Shown here: piece by piece, positions 22,983-35,242 of the stretch | Numbering within the stretch: the first letter of the stretch is position 1 | How the letters are laid out: each line of letters begins with the position of its first letter | Assembly (NCBI GenBank): GCA_977862235.1 | Contig: OZ374557.1 | Location: forward strand, 3,720,001-3,784,000 | Length of the DNA stretch: 64,000 nt | Direction: 5' to 3' | Origin: Dudresnaya verticillata | Lineage: Eukaryota | Program-made: the position numbers and the translations under genes | Notes under the pieces: generated by a model | What the model was told of the DNA's origin: nothing | The model's input: only the letters and a program-made list of their open reading frames with translations | Database searches by the model: none

Positions 22983-25273
22983 ATGAGCTCTAGCCAGATG
23001 GCTTATGGCGCTGCAGGTTCGAGCACCGGTGTGCTGGGCGTTGATGTTGACGAGGTCGGCGTGCCCTTCTCCATCAAGGAGAGTCGTGATTGGCGCGTAC
23101 GCACCGACCTGACGCACTTGAAAGCGAATGCGGGCGCTGACCGTTCCGACATTCGCCGTCGCGGGATGCGTAACGCGCAGCGTCGCACGTGGCATTCGCA
23201 TGCCCGTGCCCGTTTATCCTTGTTGACGGGTTTGACCCGCCGCCTGCCCACCCTCACGGGTCCGTGGCAGTGGGATTTAGCGCATCCGCGCTTTCGCCAT
23301 GAGGTGCGCTACACAGCCACCTTATGCAACAAGCTCAACTTCGAGCTGGAGGAGATCCAACAAGTTCACGATAGTGGCCAGTTCGACCTGGGGATGGTAG
23401 CGCATGAGCGCCCGCTGATTCGCAGCGGCAGGGACAACTTCCCTTATACCAAGGCGCGGGTCGTGCGCTGGGATGAAACGTCCAACTACAAATACGCGTT
23501 GGACAATCCCCAGACGGCCATGCCGTCCGACCTGGTACGCTTCGAGCGTAGGAATCGCCACCGTACTGGCTGTTTTGTGCCAGCGCACTGCCAAGAGGTC
23601 CCCTCCATCAAGCCGGATTTCTATAGGGTCAAATACCCTCACGTTACGGGCGACCATGCGGATCTGGAAGTCTCCTATTCCATGCCGGTGGGCACGCCAA
23701 CCATCATAGCCTATCTTGGCTTAGAGATGATGGACGGTCATGCCGACGAAAACCTCTTATGGTCGATATGTCGGCACAGTGGGTAGTCATGGTGACTCAG
23801 GTGTTTGTCTACGAAGCCCGTCGGGGCTTGCTGTACTTCATCAGAACTCGTCTTCGTAGAGCCATTCGGGCCATAGGCGCGGCCGCCTTCTTTGCCAACT
23901 CGGCGGATGCCGAGGATCTGGACCAGCTATTGGTATTCTGTGAGCGTATCCGCTGGAGCGGTATCACCAAGCGCAATAGGCACTTGCCAGAGAACACCGG
24001 CCACGTGACCCCGGTCTACGACCGCGGGGACTGGGTCGAGTTCGATCCTGTCAAGTGGCATCCAGTCCTTCCCGACTATTTGATGGCACCGATACCCGGG
24101 GAGGGTGAACCCATTACTCTCGACGAGGGTGAGCGCCGAACGGGCTACACGAAAGGATGGGTCAGCATCCGTTGGCGAGATGAAGGGCCGAAACACCCTG
24201 ATGAGGTGCCTCCTTTTGACGATACCGTCGATGGGGAGACTCAGGGGCCGTATGCCCCAGTGTTGCCACATCATCATCGGGCTGACGCCGAGATTAGGGA
24301 TCTGTTTGGTCGGAGGGGCTTGGCCATCCGTTTGGCTGCCCACTGGGGCATTTATTCCCTCAACCTTCACAGTCTTGCTGACTGGGTGGACGACGTATTA
24401 GCCGAATATGAGGCTAATTGGATTGGCACCCCTGGTCCCATTGAGCGTCTCCTGGCTCATCTGGAGAAGTTGCCCCCATTGGGCGGCCTAAAGGAGGAGC
24501 CGGGTGTCCAGATCAAGAGAGAGACTGGCTCTAAGGTTCGCCGCGGCATCGGCTACGGGAAGGCGGGTCCTTCCGCCCAAGGCTCGTCCGGAGCGTTCCT
24601 GGCGCCTGACGCTCGTGAAGCCACTGCGGCTGACGCGTCTAAGATTCCGCGCGAAGAGCCGTCGGCTGGGGCCTCTAGTGAGGGTGTAGCTGCCGGGCCG
24701 GTGGCTGCGGCAACTATATCGTCCAAGACCGGCGGTCCGGCTCAGCCATCGGCTTCTCGAGTTGGCGTCCCCCTACGCTCAGTGCTTCCAGGCAACGTGT
24801 CTACGTCTAGCGAGGCGCGTCTCGGGCCTTTACAGCCGAATCTGTCTGCCACCGGCGAGGCCGTGGAGGTGACGTCAGGGCCAGGCCCTACAGTGACGCC
24901 GTCGCCTATGCCGGCTCAGGCTGAGTTTCCTTCCACCGGAGCCGAGGAGGTTACCACGGAGCCGCTACATGAGGCGTCGAAGCCTACTGACGACGTGCTC
25001 ATCAAGACGGATCTGATCCTCAAGGAGGAGGGGGAGTTGGAGGTCAACGAGGGCGGAGGTGCTACACCTGAAGCAACGCCGATGGACGTTGAGCTTCCAG
25101 CCAGTAAGGCTCGTGGTGCCGCAATGGAGGGCATGCGCCGAGGCCGCGGTCCGCGTCGTGGTCAAGGTCGGCGAATTGTTCGCGAGGTCCGTCGCATCGT
25201 GACGGCACGAGCTCCCGCGGCTCCGAACCCGCCGCTTGACGGCGACGAAGTCATTGACCTTCTCTCAGATTAG
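22983..25273 (+). pseudogene. Antisense accessory ORF of element B (about 763 aa after correcting one 1-nt frameshift near 23775); unknown function
   Basis: ORFs 22971-23786 and 23759-25273 join at LLWSICR/(A)QWVVM. Globular N-terminal half, P/S/A/E-rich tail, C-terminal DEVIDLLSD. Motifs shared with the family A antisense ORF. Confidence 0.75.
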
Positions 25274-26321
25274 CTGAGCCAAGTCCTTCATGGCTTGAGG
25301 CATCGAGCCTAATATGGGTTAGAAGCCTATCTCAGCGGCTTAACCGCTTAACAATAAACCTCGTTTTGTATGCTTAACCCAACGCCTCTTGTAGGCTTCG
25401 AGCCTTCACGTCCGATGCCACTTTCCTCCCTAGTGGGACAGTGGTGCCTTTGCTTGTTCAGACACCGTGGGACAACCTATTATTGGTTGACCAATACGCC
25501 TCACTAGCGTCTGTCGCTGCCTGAGAGCGTGCCAGCAATATCCACAGTCGCTCTACAGTGCAGTGCGACGCACTGTAGCGCGTTTTGGCGCGAAAGCCTG
25601 TATGGCTGTTAATTGGCCACATCACTCCGCCACCTTGCTGTAGCCTTTCTAGCAACTCACGGACTGTGCCCACCGCCACAACCAAGAGGTATTAGTCAGC
25701 GGCATCGGCTTCTTCGACCGCGTGGCTTCCAGAATTCTCAGCGTCAATACGCTTGGCGCTTTCTCCTCCCCTATCAATGGAGTCTTACGCGGTTCCAAAC
25801 GTCCTCCCCAGTAGATGGGGGAGTCGGAGTATCAAGATTCACCAGTCTAGGATGGGGCGTATTTGTGCCTTACACCCTCACTGGGTTTGACGCGAACGCC
25901 GTTTTTGTGGGAGGTAGTTGGATCAACCTCGGGCTATTGTCCCGTCCATATTGTAGCGTATCGCTTTTGGGGCAGTCCAGCCGCCCTCAAGCGTCATAGT
26001 GCTGGTAGTTATAATTGCAATAAATTATCAGTTGGCCATCGCCGCTGTTCCTTACCCGCACCGGGGGGAGAGTGGTCGCCATAGCTTTTGCCTTTTCAGG
26101 ATTGAGTCCTTGGGGTAGCCATGTTCCGGCCACTCTGTCTAACAATAGCCTCTGTGCTCGAGGTTGGCCTCAACCTGGATCTGGCCTTGAGCCAGGTTGA
26201 TAACCTTATGCATAGCGTTAGTCGCTGTACACAGGTGCGCCTCTAAAGTAGGATCAACTCCCAGCTCTGAAGCGCCCGCTCGCTTTGGCAGAACTCATCT
26301 TCCAGAGTTCACCTCTTGATT

Positions 26322-26508
26322 ACATCTATCCATTTCCATGCTTCTATCCAGGATCCAATCCTTCTAACATCTATCCATGATATACATCTATCCAGAGTCT
26401 TGACTCTTCTTTCATCTATCCATTTCCACATCTATCCAGAGTCTTGACTCTTCTTTCATCTATCCATTTCCACATCTATCCAGAGTCTTGACTCTTCTTC
26501 CATCTATC
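26322..26508. repeat. Minisatellite in the 3' non-coding region of B (44-bp unit, about 3 copies, built from CATCTATCC sub-repeats)
   Basis: acatctatccagagtcttgactcttctttcatctatccatttcc starts at 26384, 26428 and 26472, with further catctatcc copies upstream. Confidence 0.85.
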
Positions 26509-26775
26509 TGGTCGCATCTTCTGAGAGGCTAACCTCTGCGTCTGCGCGCCCGGTCATGGGTGCATCCCACACATAGTCCATAGGCTGCATTCGTATTTAC
26601 GCGAGGGCGTCGGTTTCGGCACCCAGAACCAAAGTTCTACCTCCACTCACATCAGGTGAATCTTAACAATCGGGCGATCCGACCCCATACAGCTTAACTG
26701 CTGTTTTTGGTTGGGCGCACCAGATGGAGACCACTTGTAGGCCCGGTGCCTTACTCAGCGCGCGTGCTCATCACG

Positions 26776-29700
26776 CTAATTGTCAGGGAGAGGTATCCCT
26801 TTTTGGCGGTGATACCTTACAACCACATTGTGAGGGAGATGACCCTTTGGCTCCCAAGTGTCCCTTGAAGCCGGGCTCTGGAACCACCGCACACGATAAA
26901 GGTGTGTGTCGGGGTCATAGGAAACAATCCTTTCGTACACGTGTTCGCGTGGTGGTGCCCTCTTGAAGCGCGAGAATTTTCGACTTGACGTCCCTTCAGC
27001 CACTGTCGGCGGAGGTGATGACGCATCCACACCCTCATCTCTAGGAGCATTCTCCTGTCGTTGGGGGACAACAGGTGCAGTATGGGCGCCGCTAGGTTGC
27101 GCATCCCCACCTGTGTCAGCCAGTGTCTCGCCTTCAGCACCAGTGCTTCGGGATGGGCCGGTTCATTACCGCCTGATGCGGTGTTCATCGGGGGCCCAGT
27201 GCCGTTTGTGTTGGGCCCGTCGGTTGGCCCAGCTGGGCTACTTGAAGGTGCTGCACCTGTCTCCGGTGGCATTTCCACCACCGTGGGAGTCATGTCTAGT
27301 GCCAGCGGCGCTTCGTGTGGCGATGGAGCCAAAGTGACTCGGTCCAAAGAGATTGTTTCTCTGTCGCCCTTGATGCCGAGAACCACCACATGCGTTCCTC
27401 TCTCGAGGACCTTATATGGCCCAAGGGCTTTCGGGAACAGTTTCCCTTCCCTCGCCACGCCTGAAGCGTCCTTCAATTTGGTTTCCCGTTCGAGGAATAC
27501 CCACGACCCAGGACGTACCCTTTGGTTAGCCGGTCGAATGCGGCTATTAAAGTTGGTTTCATAGCGCTTTTGCGCTAGTTGCATCCTCGGCAGAGCCGTA
27601 TCCATGAGCTTTTCCAGCCGAGCGGTTAGGCGCTTCTTGACGTTCGTAGCGGGTATCCCGTCAATGTCTACCGTTTCCGCTTGTTCCAGTAGTAGGGAAG
27701 TCGGCGGATTTGACAAAACCAAGTCAAAAGGGGCTAACCCTGTAGCGCGATGCACTGTCGTATTGTAAGCGTACGTGAGCGCTGAGGTGAACTCGTCCCA
27801 GTCCCTCTGGTCTTCCGCTATGAAGTGGCGAAGGCCCGTTAGGATGGTGCGGTTGAACCTCTCGGTTTGCCCATTAGTTTGGGGATGGTATGTCGACGTG
27901 AACATATTCCGAATCCGTAGGATATCGCACACGGCGAGGAAGAACTTAGAGGCAAATTGAGATCCATTGTCTGAAAGGACGTAACGGGGCGGTCCATAGG
28001 TAAAGACCCAATGGTCGCAAAACGCCTTCGCCACTGTATAGGCGGTTACCGTTTTCATCGGTATCGCTCGCGTCAGCTTTGAGAAGCGGTCCGTCATAAC
28101 CAACAGGAACTCGTTTCCTTTCCCGGAGCGGGGTAACGGGCCCAGGATATCGATTCCTACGAACTCTAACGGCATGGTCGCCGGGAAGAGTTTCATATGC
28201 GAAGCATGTTTCCGCAACTTCACCCGCTCTTGTGCGCATTTGACACAATTACGCACGGTGGCGTATACATCCAATGCCATCTCTGCCCAATATACCTGTC
28301 TTCGCAGGTTATGATACATCCGGGTTCCACCTGGGTGTCCCGCCATCTCGGGGTAGTCGGCTAGGTGTAATGCCCTTTCCTTAAGAGAACGAGGTATGAG
28401 AACCTGTATCGCCTTGTCGATATACGACTTCCGGACTAGGAGTCCTCGTTCGTCCTCGAGATAGCAACCAGGCTTCCCGGCCTCGAGGTTCCTTCGGACC
28501 CAGATACAGAATTCACCTGTTTTCTGCTCACGGAGCAACTCTTCTGTGGTGATGAGGGATAATCCCTTTTGTCCAGATTCCTTCTCGGCCACTTGGGTGA
28601 TGACCACTTCGTCATCCGAATCGGACTCATCGACGGGTTCAATTTCCCATACTTCCAACGATCGCTTGTTGGGCTCCGGTCGCGACCTTTCGCAGGGTTC
28701 GTCCCTCGGATCAGTCTCGAGGACTAGACACGGGATTTCCAAGTCCGGTTCCCATGGCGTGAAGCCATACGTGGGCAGCCGAGATACGGCATCAGCAATC
28801 TGATTCTTTTTGCCTTTTCGGTACTGGACCGTGAAGTTGTATTCCAGGAGGCGTAATCTCCAACGGGCCAACCGTTCAGAAGCATCGGTCATGCTCATCA
28901 TCCATTTCAGCGCCTGATGGTCTGTATACAGGTCAAAGTGGGACCTTTCTAGATATGGTCTGAGCAATTGTGCAGCCCAGACCACTGCGAGGCACTCCTT
29001 TTCGCCTACAGAATAATTCTTCTCTGCCTTCGTCAGTCCTCGGCTCCAGAAGCCTATCGGGTGTCGAGTCCCGTCTTCTTCGGCTTGCATCAGCGCGCAA
29101 CCAATTTGGTAGTCGCACGCGTCGGTATCCACCGATAGGGCCTTACCCTCTTGTGGCAACCTAAGAATAGGAGGCGCTATTAGCGCTGTCTTCAACAATC
29201 CGAACGCCTCGCGTTGACGTTCATTGAACTGCGGTAGTTCAAAGCCCACTTCCTTCTGAAGGAGGGCATTGAGCGGAGCTGCCACGCGAGCGAAGTTAGG
29301 CACGAATCGCCTGTAGACGTTGCATAGACCGATGAAAGACCGCAACTGGGTCTGGGTGGTCGGCTCCTTGAAGCCTTCGATGGCTTGCGTATTCTTAGTC
29401 GCCACTTCTAATAAACCCGGACGGATGACGTGCCCTAGGTATTCGACACTCTTTGTGAAGAAGTTGCACTTCTTGAGTTTCAAGGAGACCCTGCTTCTTG
29501 TAATACAGAGAGAATCTCTTTTACGTGCGTGACATGCTCGTCGACAGTCGCAGAGAATACGATAATATCGTCGAGGTATACGAGGCACGATTTCCATCGA
29601 AATCCTGATAAGAGGATGTCAACCGTTCGTTGAAAGGTCGCCGGAGCGTTGCATAGCCCAAAGGGCATCCTGCAGAATTGGAAGCAGCCCGCGTGGCATG

Positions 29701-31299
29701 TAAAAGCAGTTTTATGCTTATCCTCCGGGGAAACCGGAATCTGCCAGTAGCCTGAGTTGCAGTCCAAGGTTGTAAAATATTGGGCCTCGCCCAGGGAGTC
29801 CAAACACTCGTCCATGCGCGGCAGAGGATACGTATCCTTCACTGTAATCGCGTTCAGCTTGCGATAGTCAACGAAAAAGCGGAGGGACCCGTCGGACTTC
29901 TTAACCAAAACGACGGGGCTCGCAAACTCAGAGCGTGCAGGCTCTATAACGCCTTCTTTGAGCATTTTGTCGACCTCATTCTGTTCTGCTTGACGGGCTT
30001 TAGGGCCCGACCGATACGGTTGCGTAAACACAGGTTTCGAACCTTCTTGAAGCTCAATACGGTGTTCGGTCACCTTAATGGTTCCGAGTTGTCCGTCCCA
30101 CATACTGGCGAACGGTTTAAGCATCTTGCGCACGCGACGCCGATCCGAAGTGGACAGATGTTCCAGCGCGAGGTCATCGACCGTAATAGCTGTTGTCGCT
30201 GATGTCGCGATTTTGATTCCAGGCTTAGAGTCTATATCCGTCTTCAGAGCAGCAGCAAGCCCCGCCCCCCCTACATCGGAGAATGTTTCGGACGAGGGAA
30301 GCGAGTCACTGTCAGGAACATTATCCTCGATGGAGACAGTGTAGACCGGCGTCTGCGTGGGCGCCGGTACAGCCTTGCCAAGGCTTTGATTCTTGTAAAG
30401 CCGTTGAGGACGCGAAGAGAAGTTCGCGACCTTGACGTGGAAGAGACGGTTCTCTTCAATGTTGACGATTCCATTCGTCAAAACGACTTGACGGCGTTCG
30501 TATAAGCGTGGAAGGGATTCCAGGAAATGTGTTCCTTTGGCGGAACAGGTAACAGGAACCCATGACTCACTGCCGGGCAGTAAATTAGTAGTTTGTGCGA
30601 CGCGAATGAGTCGCGAGGTAGGTAACGGGGGAACGTCCATTGGTTCGTCAGACCTGCCCTCACGGGGTATACCGCATCGGCGGCGTAGAATTGGGTGAAT
30701 GGACCCGTCGCGAAGAACCATGTTCTGTTGGCGGACGCGTAACCCTTCCACGTGGGTATCGATAGACGTGCAACCCAATATAGCATCTACTGCCAATGCC
30801 CTTACGACAACAAAAGGTTGCCGAACGGTGTAGGACCCGAGCCTGATTATCAGGGAGACTGTTCCCAGTGTAGTTAGTCGGTGACTTGACGCGGAGGTCA
30901 AGTTCAAAATTGACCGCGTTGTAGAAATCCGTTTCTTGTCTTTCGGTGATAGAACATCCGCGCGGATGAGATTAGGGCCCGCCCCTGTATCCAGTACGGA
31001 GAGCACACGAGTAAGATCGTCAACAGAAGTCCCGATGGACGCGGCTACTTTATAATTGTAGCGCGACAAGGAGCAAACGGGATCCTTACAATACTCATGA
31101 TACTTCCGTCCAGGGGGTAAGCCCACGGGACGCGCTAAGATCTTCTTGGGAAGAGAAGTGACAGATTCACTGACAACCGGTCGATCCGTTGAGGAGAAGC
31201 TTTCGAAGCTGTAGCTCGAGGAGCTTGATTCAACGTACCGATCGGGGGGTTCCGATGCCACCTGAGATATGTGGTGTACCGAAACCGGTTCCCCCCTCG
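26776..31299 (-). pseudogene. pol: pol of element B (PR-RT-RNaseH-INT-chromodomain), frameshifted
   Basis: LDTGAGPNLI (PR); MPFGLCNAPATFQ and YLDDII (RT); TDACDYQIG and TDHQAL (RH); GHPGG..CVKC, DNGSQF, HPQTNGQTER and GPY (INT); YERIVSY..YRVRWFQSPASRDTWEP (chromo). Frameshifts near 29490 and about 27100. Confidence 0.93.
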
Positions 31300-33987
31300 C
31301 TAGTTTTTCGCCTTCGTTGCGGGCGACCGCGGTAGCGGTGGAGGTGGTGGGAAGGGACGAGGCCCTTGGCGTGGTGACCTTGGCGTTTGCCTCGGAGCGT
31401 CGATGGGGTGGTTCAGTCGAGGTTGAAATTGAACCTGTCGATTTCCCCCTTGAGTTGCACCCAAATTTTGACGGGGCTCCATCCGTTGCCCCATGGGCGG
31501 CCCGGCGGGCACTTGCTCGTTAGCGAACTCCGGCAGTCGGCCAACGGTCGCCAGCCACGCTTTTTGCTCGTGTGATAGTTGATGAAACTGTCTTCTTTTT
31601 AAAGTCTCAAAAGACTGCTCATCGGTTCGAGCCAAATGTGGACAGTTGGGCTTTTTATGGCCAATGCCGTAGCATTCGAAGCAGATATCATTGGGTTGAT
31701 CTTCAACCGTCACCCACCCAGGGCGTTGAGTCCTGGTTGGCTGTGCCCAGGCTGGGAGCCTATTGTTGTAGTTCTGAAGTACCGCGTCAACTTCACCGTG
31801 ATAAGGTTAGTCGTAGTAATACTGTGTCGACCATGAATCCGATTGGGTCGCTGTTGATGGTGGCGCTTCGCTAGCGATGGCAGCCACGACTGCGTCTTCG
31901 CTTTCCGCATCAGAGCCGCTGCTCTTTGAAGTATCCGAATCGGAGGCGGATGCATTCTTCGCCTAGCGAATTAGGAGCGCCCGCCCTGACTTGTGGGTAC
32001 GAACCTTCTTTAAGGTCTTCCTTGGTAGCGTCCTATTCGCTTTTGGCGTTCGTCCGCCACCCACTAGCGCCCGATGGGAATCTCCGTGTGCAGTCGCAAG
32101 CTCGACGTAATCCGCCAGTCTGGCAGTCCTTGGGTCCAAGGACGACGTACTTAAAAGCGGCTTCACCGCTGGTAGCAAACCCCGAATAAACCTGGTTATC
32201 AAATCTTGTTCGGTGTATACACCAGCGACTCGACGCGCTTTGTTCTGCAACCTTCTCGAAAAGGTTACCTCGTCCTCATCTGGCTCCTGCGCCATTGTGT
32301 CCATCTCAGAGGCAATCCTCTCAATATAGACGTCCTTGGCATATGTCCGAAGAAGGTAATTCACGGCTTCGGGCCATTCGGTGAAACCACCATTGTCGTC
32401 ACCCGCAGCGTCAAAATTCGCTTCAAACATATCCTTCGCATCCTTCTCGAGGAACTCGGGGATGACGAGGATAGCGGCACCTTCGCTGATATGGGCTTGA
32501 TCGAGCTGCCTCTTCAGCGTGGCTAAGAAGCCAATAATTGACACCGGGTCACTCCCATCAAAACGGCGACTCCGCATAACGGACTTGACATGTTTGATTT
32601 TCTTCGTGGTCGCCTCGGTCACCTCGGGCCCGCGGTAATCATCCAGGTTCAATAACCTATACCTTCTATAGGACAGCACCTGTATGAAAGCAGGATTCCT
32701 AGGAGTCAGCTCCTTCACACCGCAACGTCGGGGACCCCTCCAAGAAGACCATGACGGTCTAGAATGCGAACGGGAACCCGGTCCTTCTTCATCCGAGGGA
32801 CCCGGATTAGGGTGAGACCCTGACCGAGGATTCTCCTCGTGACGATGACTCGAATATCGGTCACGAAGAGAATCCACTTGGTCGCGGTGCGTAGAAGACC
32901 CAATTGGTCTTTTACACTGGCAACCCAGTTGGCAACGGCCTCCATCTCCTTCACCTTGGGACCCGCTGTCCGACCCCCTATGGGGTAGCCTCCTACGCCT
33001 GTCGCGCGTGCCGCGATGCACTGGTGAGCGTCGTCTCATGACTTCAGGGATATTATCCCTCTCGCGGGTTACGCGCCGCATCTGTAATTCCAGAAAAGCG
33101 ACACGACGCTTCTCCTCATCGAGTTCTTTCCTTAGGACCTCGATGGCTCTGTCCTGTTCAACGCACCGTGCGTTGTCTACGTTAAATTGAACGTCCGCAA
33201 TAGCTATTGCGGCTTCTGTCCTGGAAAGGTCGGCAGCCTTCGTGGCTTCATCTAATTCAAGATGAACCGATTCCAACTGGTCCCCCATTGAGTCCACTTG
33301 GGCTTGTAGGGTCTCGACCCTTTCCTCTTCTAAACCCCTCAAGGGGCGTTGTTGGCAACGAGAAATGACCATTTCTTGGCACTTAGCCAGTAGCTGGTCG
33401 TCTCGACGAGCGGTGGCGTCGTCGAAATAGCGTTTCACCCGTGTGAGGGTTTCATCCGCCTGGCTTTCAAGCAGCGCCAATACGCTAGTTCCGAGAGCAT
33501 TCTCGATGCTGGTCTCAACCAATTGACCAATTTCGCGCTCCGTAAAGCACCGTTGGTCGCTTGAGTTTTCCTTCGTTCTCATCGGCATTCCGATATCGGG
33601 TGGAAGCGATGAAGTCGTTTCTTCTTCTAAGGCCAATCCGCCTGTGTCGTGCTGGCTGTAACCAGCTCGAAACATCGGCGGCGGCGGCATACTAGGGTCC
33701 GGACCCTCATTCGCACCAATGTTGGCGGTGCTTGCGGCTGCAGTCCGGGCCGTATTTTCTCCTTCAGGGATCTGTCCCTTTCCATGAGCAGACGGGTCTT
33801 CGTCTCCTGGTGCGCCCGCCATTCGGGGCGGGCGTTCCACTTCTCCTACTGTAGGACCTCGAGCCAAAGCGGCTATTACAGCGCGGGTTCTTGCTCCCGT
33901 GGTCCTCACGGAGGATAAGCTGCCGGTACGGCTACCATCCCGGCTTGTTAAGCCTGGGCGGGTGGTTTCACCGTTAGATGTCGGCAT
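31300..33987 (-). pseudogene. gag: gag of element B (frameshifts near the 3' end)
   Basis: 674-aa ORF with coiled coil and capsid-like FDGSDPVSIIGFL...QEPDEDEVTFSRRL; downstream zinc knuckle CFECYGIGHKKPNC. Confidence 0.88.
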
Positions 33988-34476
33988 CTTCTAACCGAGG
34001 TTGTTATCGACAACCTGAAAACGTAGGATTCGGTCCTGTGGTTGCACTGATCGGGGAACTTCTCCCTAGGATGGCAAACTTCTCAGAACCGTAGTTCTCG
34101 GGGTTACGGGCGATTCTGTCCGTGTGGAACTCCCAGCGCGCACGCCCGCACAGCCCGTATACAGACGTATTTTTTGATGACAGGTATTACGATAACCTGC
34201 AGGAAGAGCTCCTTGAAGGGGCGTCACTCCACGACTAGGATCTTGTTCCTTGTACACGATTAAAAACCGCAGAAGCGGTGGCCGTTGCTTGCCTCGAATT
34301 TGACGCAACTTCGAAGCTTGATATGAAGCTGAGAAACCGTCGACACTTGGCCGACTAGGATTTCACCCTCAGGAAGTAGTTCCTTGAATTCTTGCACGGG
34401 GAATTCTCGTCCCGTGGGAAGGTCCGAACGACGACTTGCGGATGAGGTAGTAAAAAGGGGCCGACCCTGAAAACGA

Positions 34477-34494
34477 TTCTAGGTCGGGAGACCA
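34477..34494 (-). promoter_or_regulatory. Primer-binding site of B (TGGTCTCCCGACCTAGAA)
   Basis: 1 nt inside the 5' LTR; begins TGG, complementary to a tRNA CCA end. Confidence 0.9.
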
Positions 34495-34495
34495 C

Positions 34496-35138
34496 TGTAG
34501 TAGTATGGCCCGTCAAGGCAGAAACCCGCCAACCGGCAAGGACAGCTGTCCTGACGGTGCACAACACACTAGCTTGGGTAGCTCGGGAAAAGGTTGGTAG
34601 AGACTTTGAAAGGCACAGAGCCTAAGGGAAAAGGGGAAAATGGGCGGCGCCACACAGCTAGCACAGAGCAACCATCGTGTAGAGGCAAGGCTCGTAAAGC
34701 ACTTGGAAGGGAGGTTACGGTGAGTCCGTGAATTCCAGAAAAAGGGTAAAGACCCGAAACCCACCGTGGGTTCTATTCAGGAGGCCCCTGCTACTCAGGG
34801 GCCTATTAAGTATACAGAGCCGAAAATGTTCTTACCTCCTATGAGCTATTCTAAGCTATTCTAACTGTCATTATTAATCTAATTATACTGTTGTCAGTTA
34901 TAAATACGGATTAGTGGTAGTACCGCGTCGGGCCGCGTGAGCGGCCACAATTAATTACCCAATGGCAATTTGCCATCAGATTTGGTGCCAGCAGGGACGC
35001 CAGCGAGGCGCATCGCCCTTACAGCGCACGGTGCTTGTGCGCGCCTTACAGCTTGATGCCCGTGGGCGTCTTACACCTTGATGCGCACAAAATGACTTAC
35101 AGTGCGCCAGCACTCCTGATGCGGCTCATTCTTCCACA
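34496..35138 (-). repeat. 5' LTR of element B
   Basis: Direct repeat of 21796-22438; adjacent to the PBS. Confidence 0.96.
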
Positions 35139-35242
35139 GCCCACCGTAGCGGATCACTATCGCTTCCCCACCCACGAACACACACAACCGATACGGAAGT
35201 GTTCTCATCAGTCCCTTCCCCTTCGTGCGCGCTTCTCCCACC

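Larger units (their letters stand above)
21796..35138 (-). mobile_element. Full-length Ty3/gypsy chromodomain-containing element, family B (13.3 kb), TSD GCCCA
   Basis: 643-bp LTRs at 21796-22438 and 34496-35138 (TG..CA, about 13 mismatches), GCCCA at 21791-21795 and 35139-35143, PBS 34477-34494, PPT 22439-22453. Confidence 0.96.

Noticed and set aside
22983..25273. Retroviral env gene
   Set aside because: Antisense to gag-pol and lacks a signal peptide and transmembrane segment.
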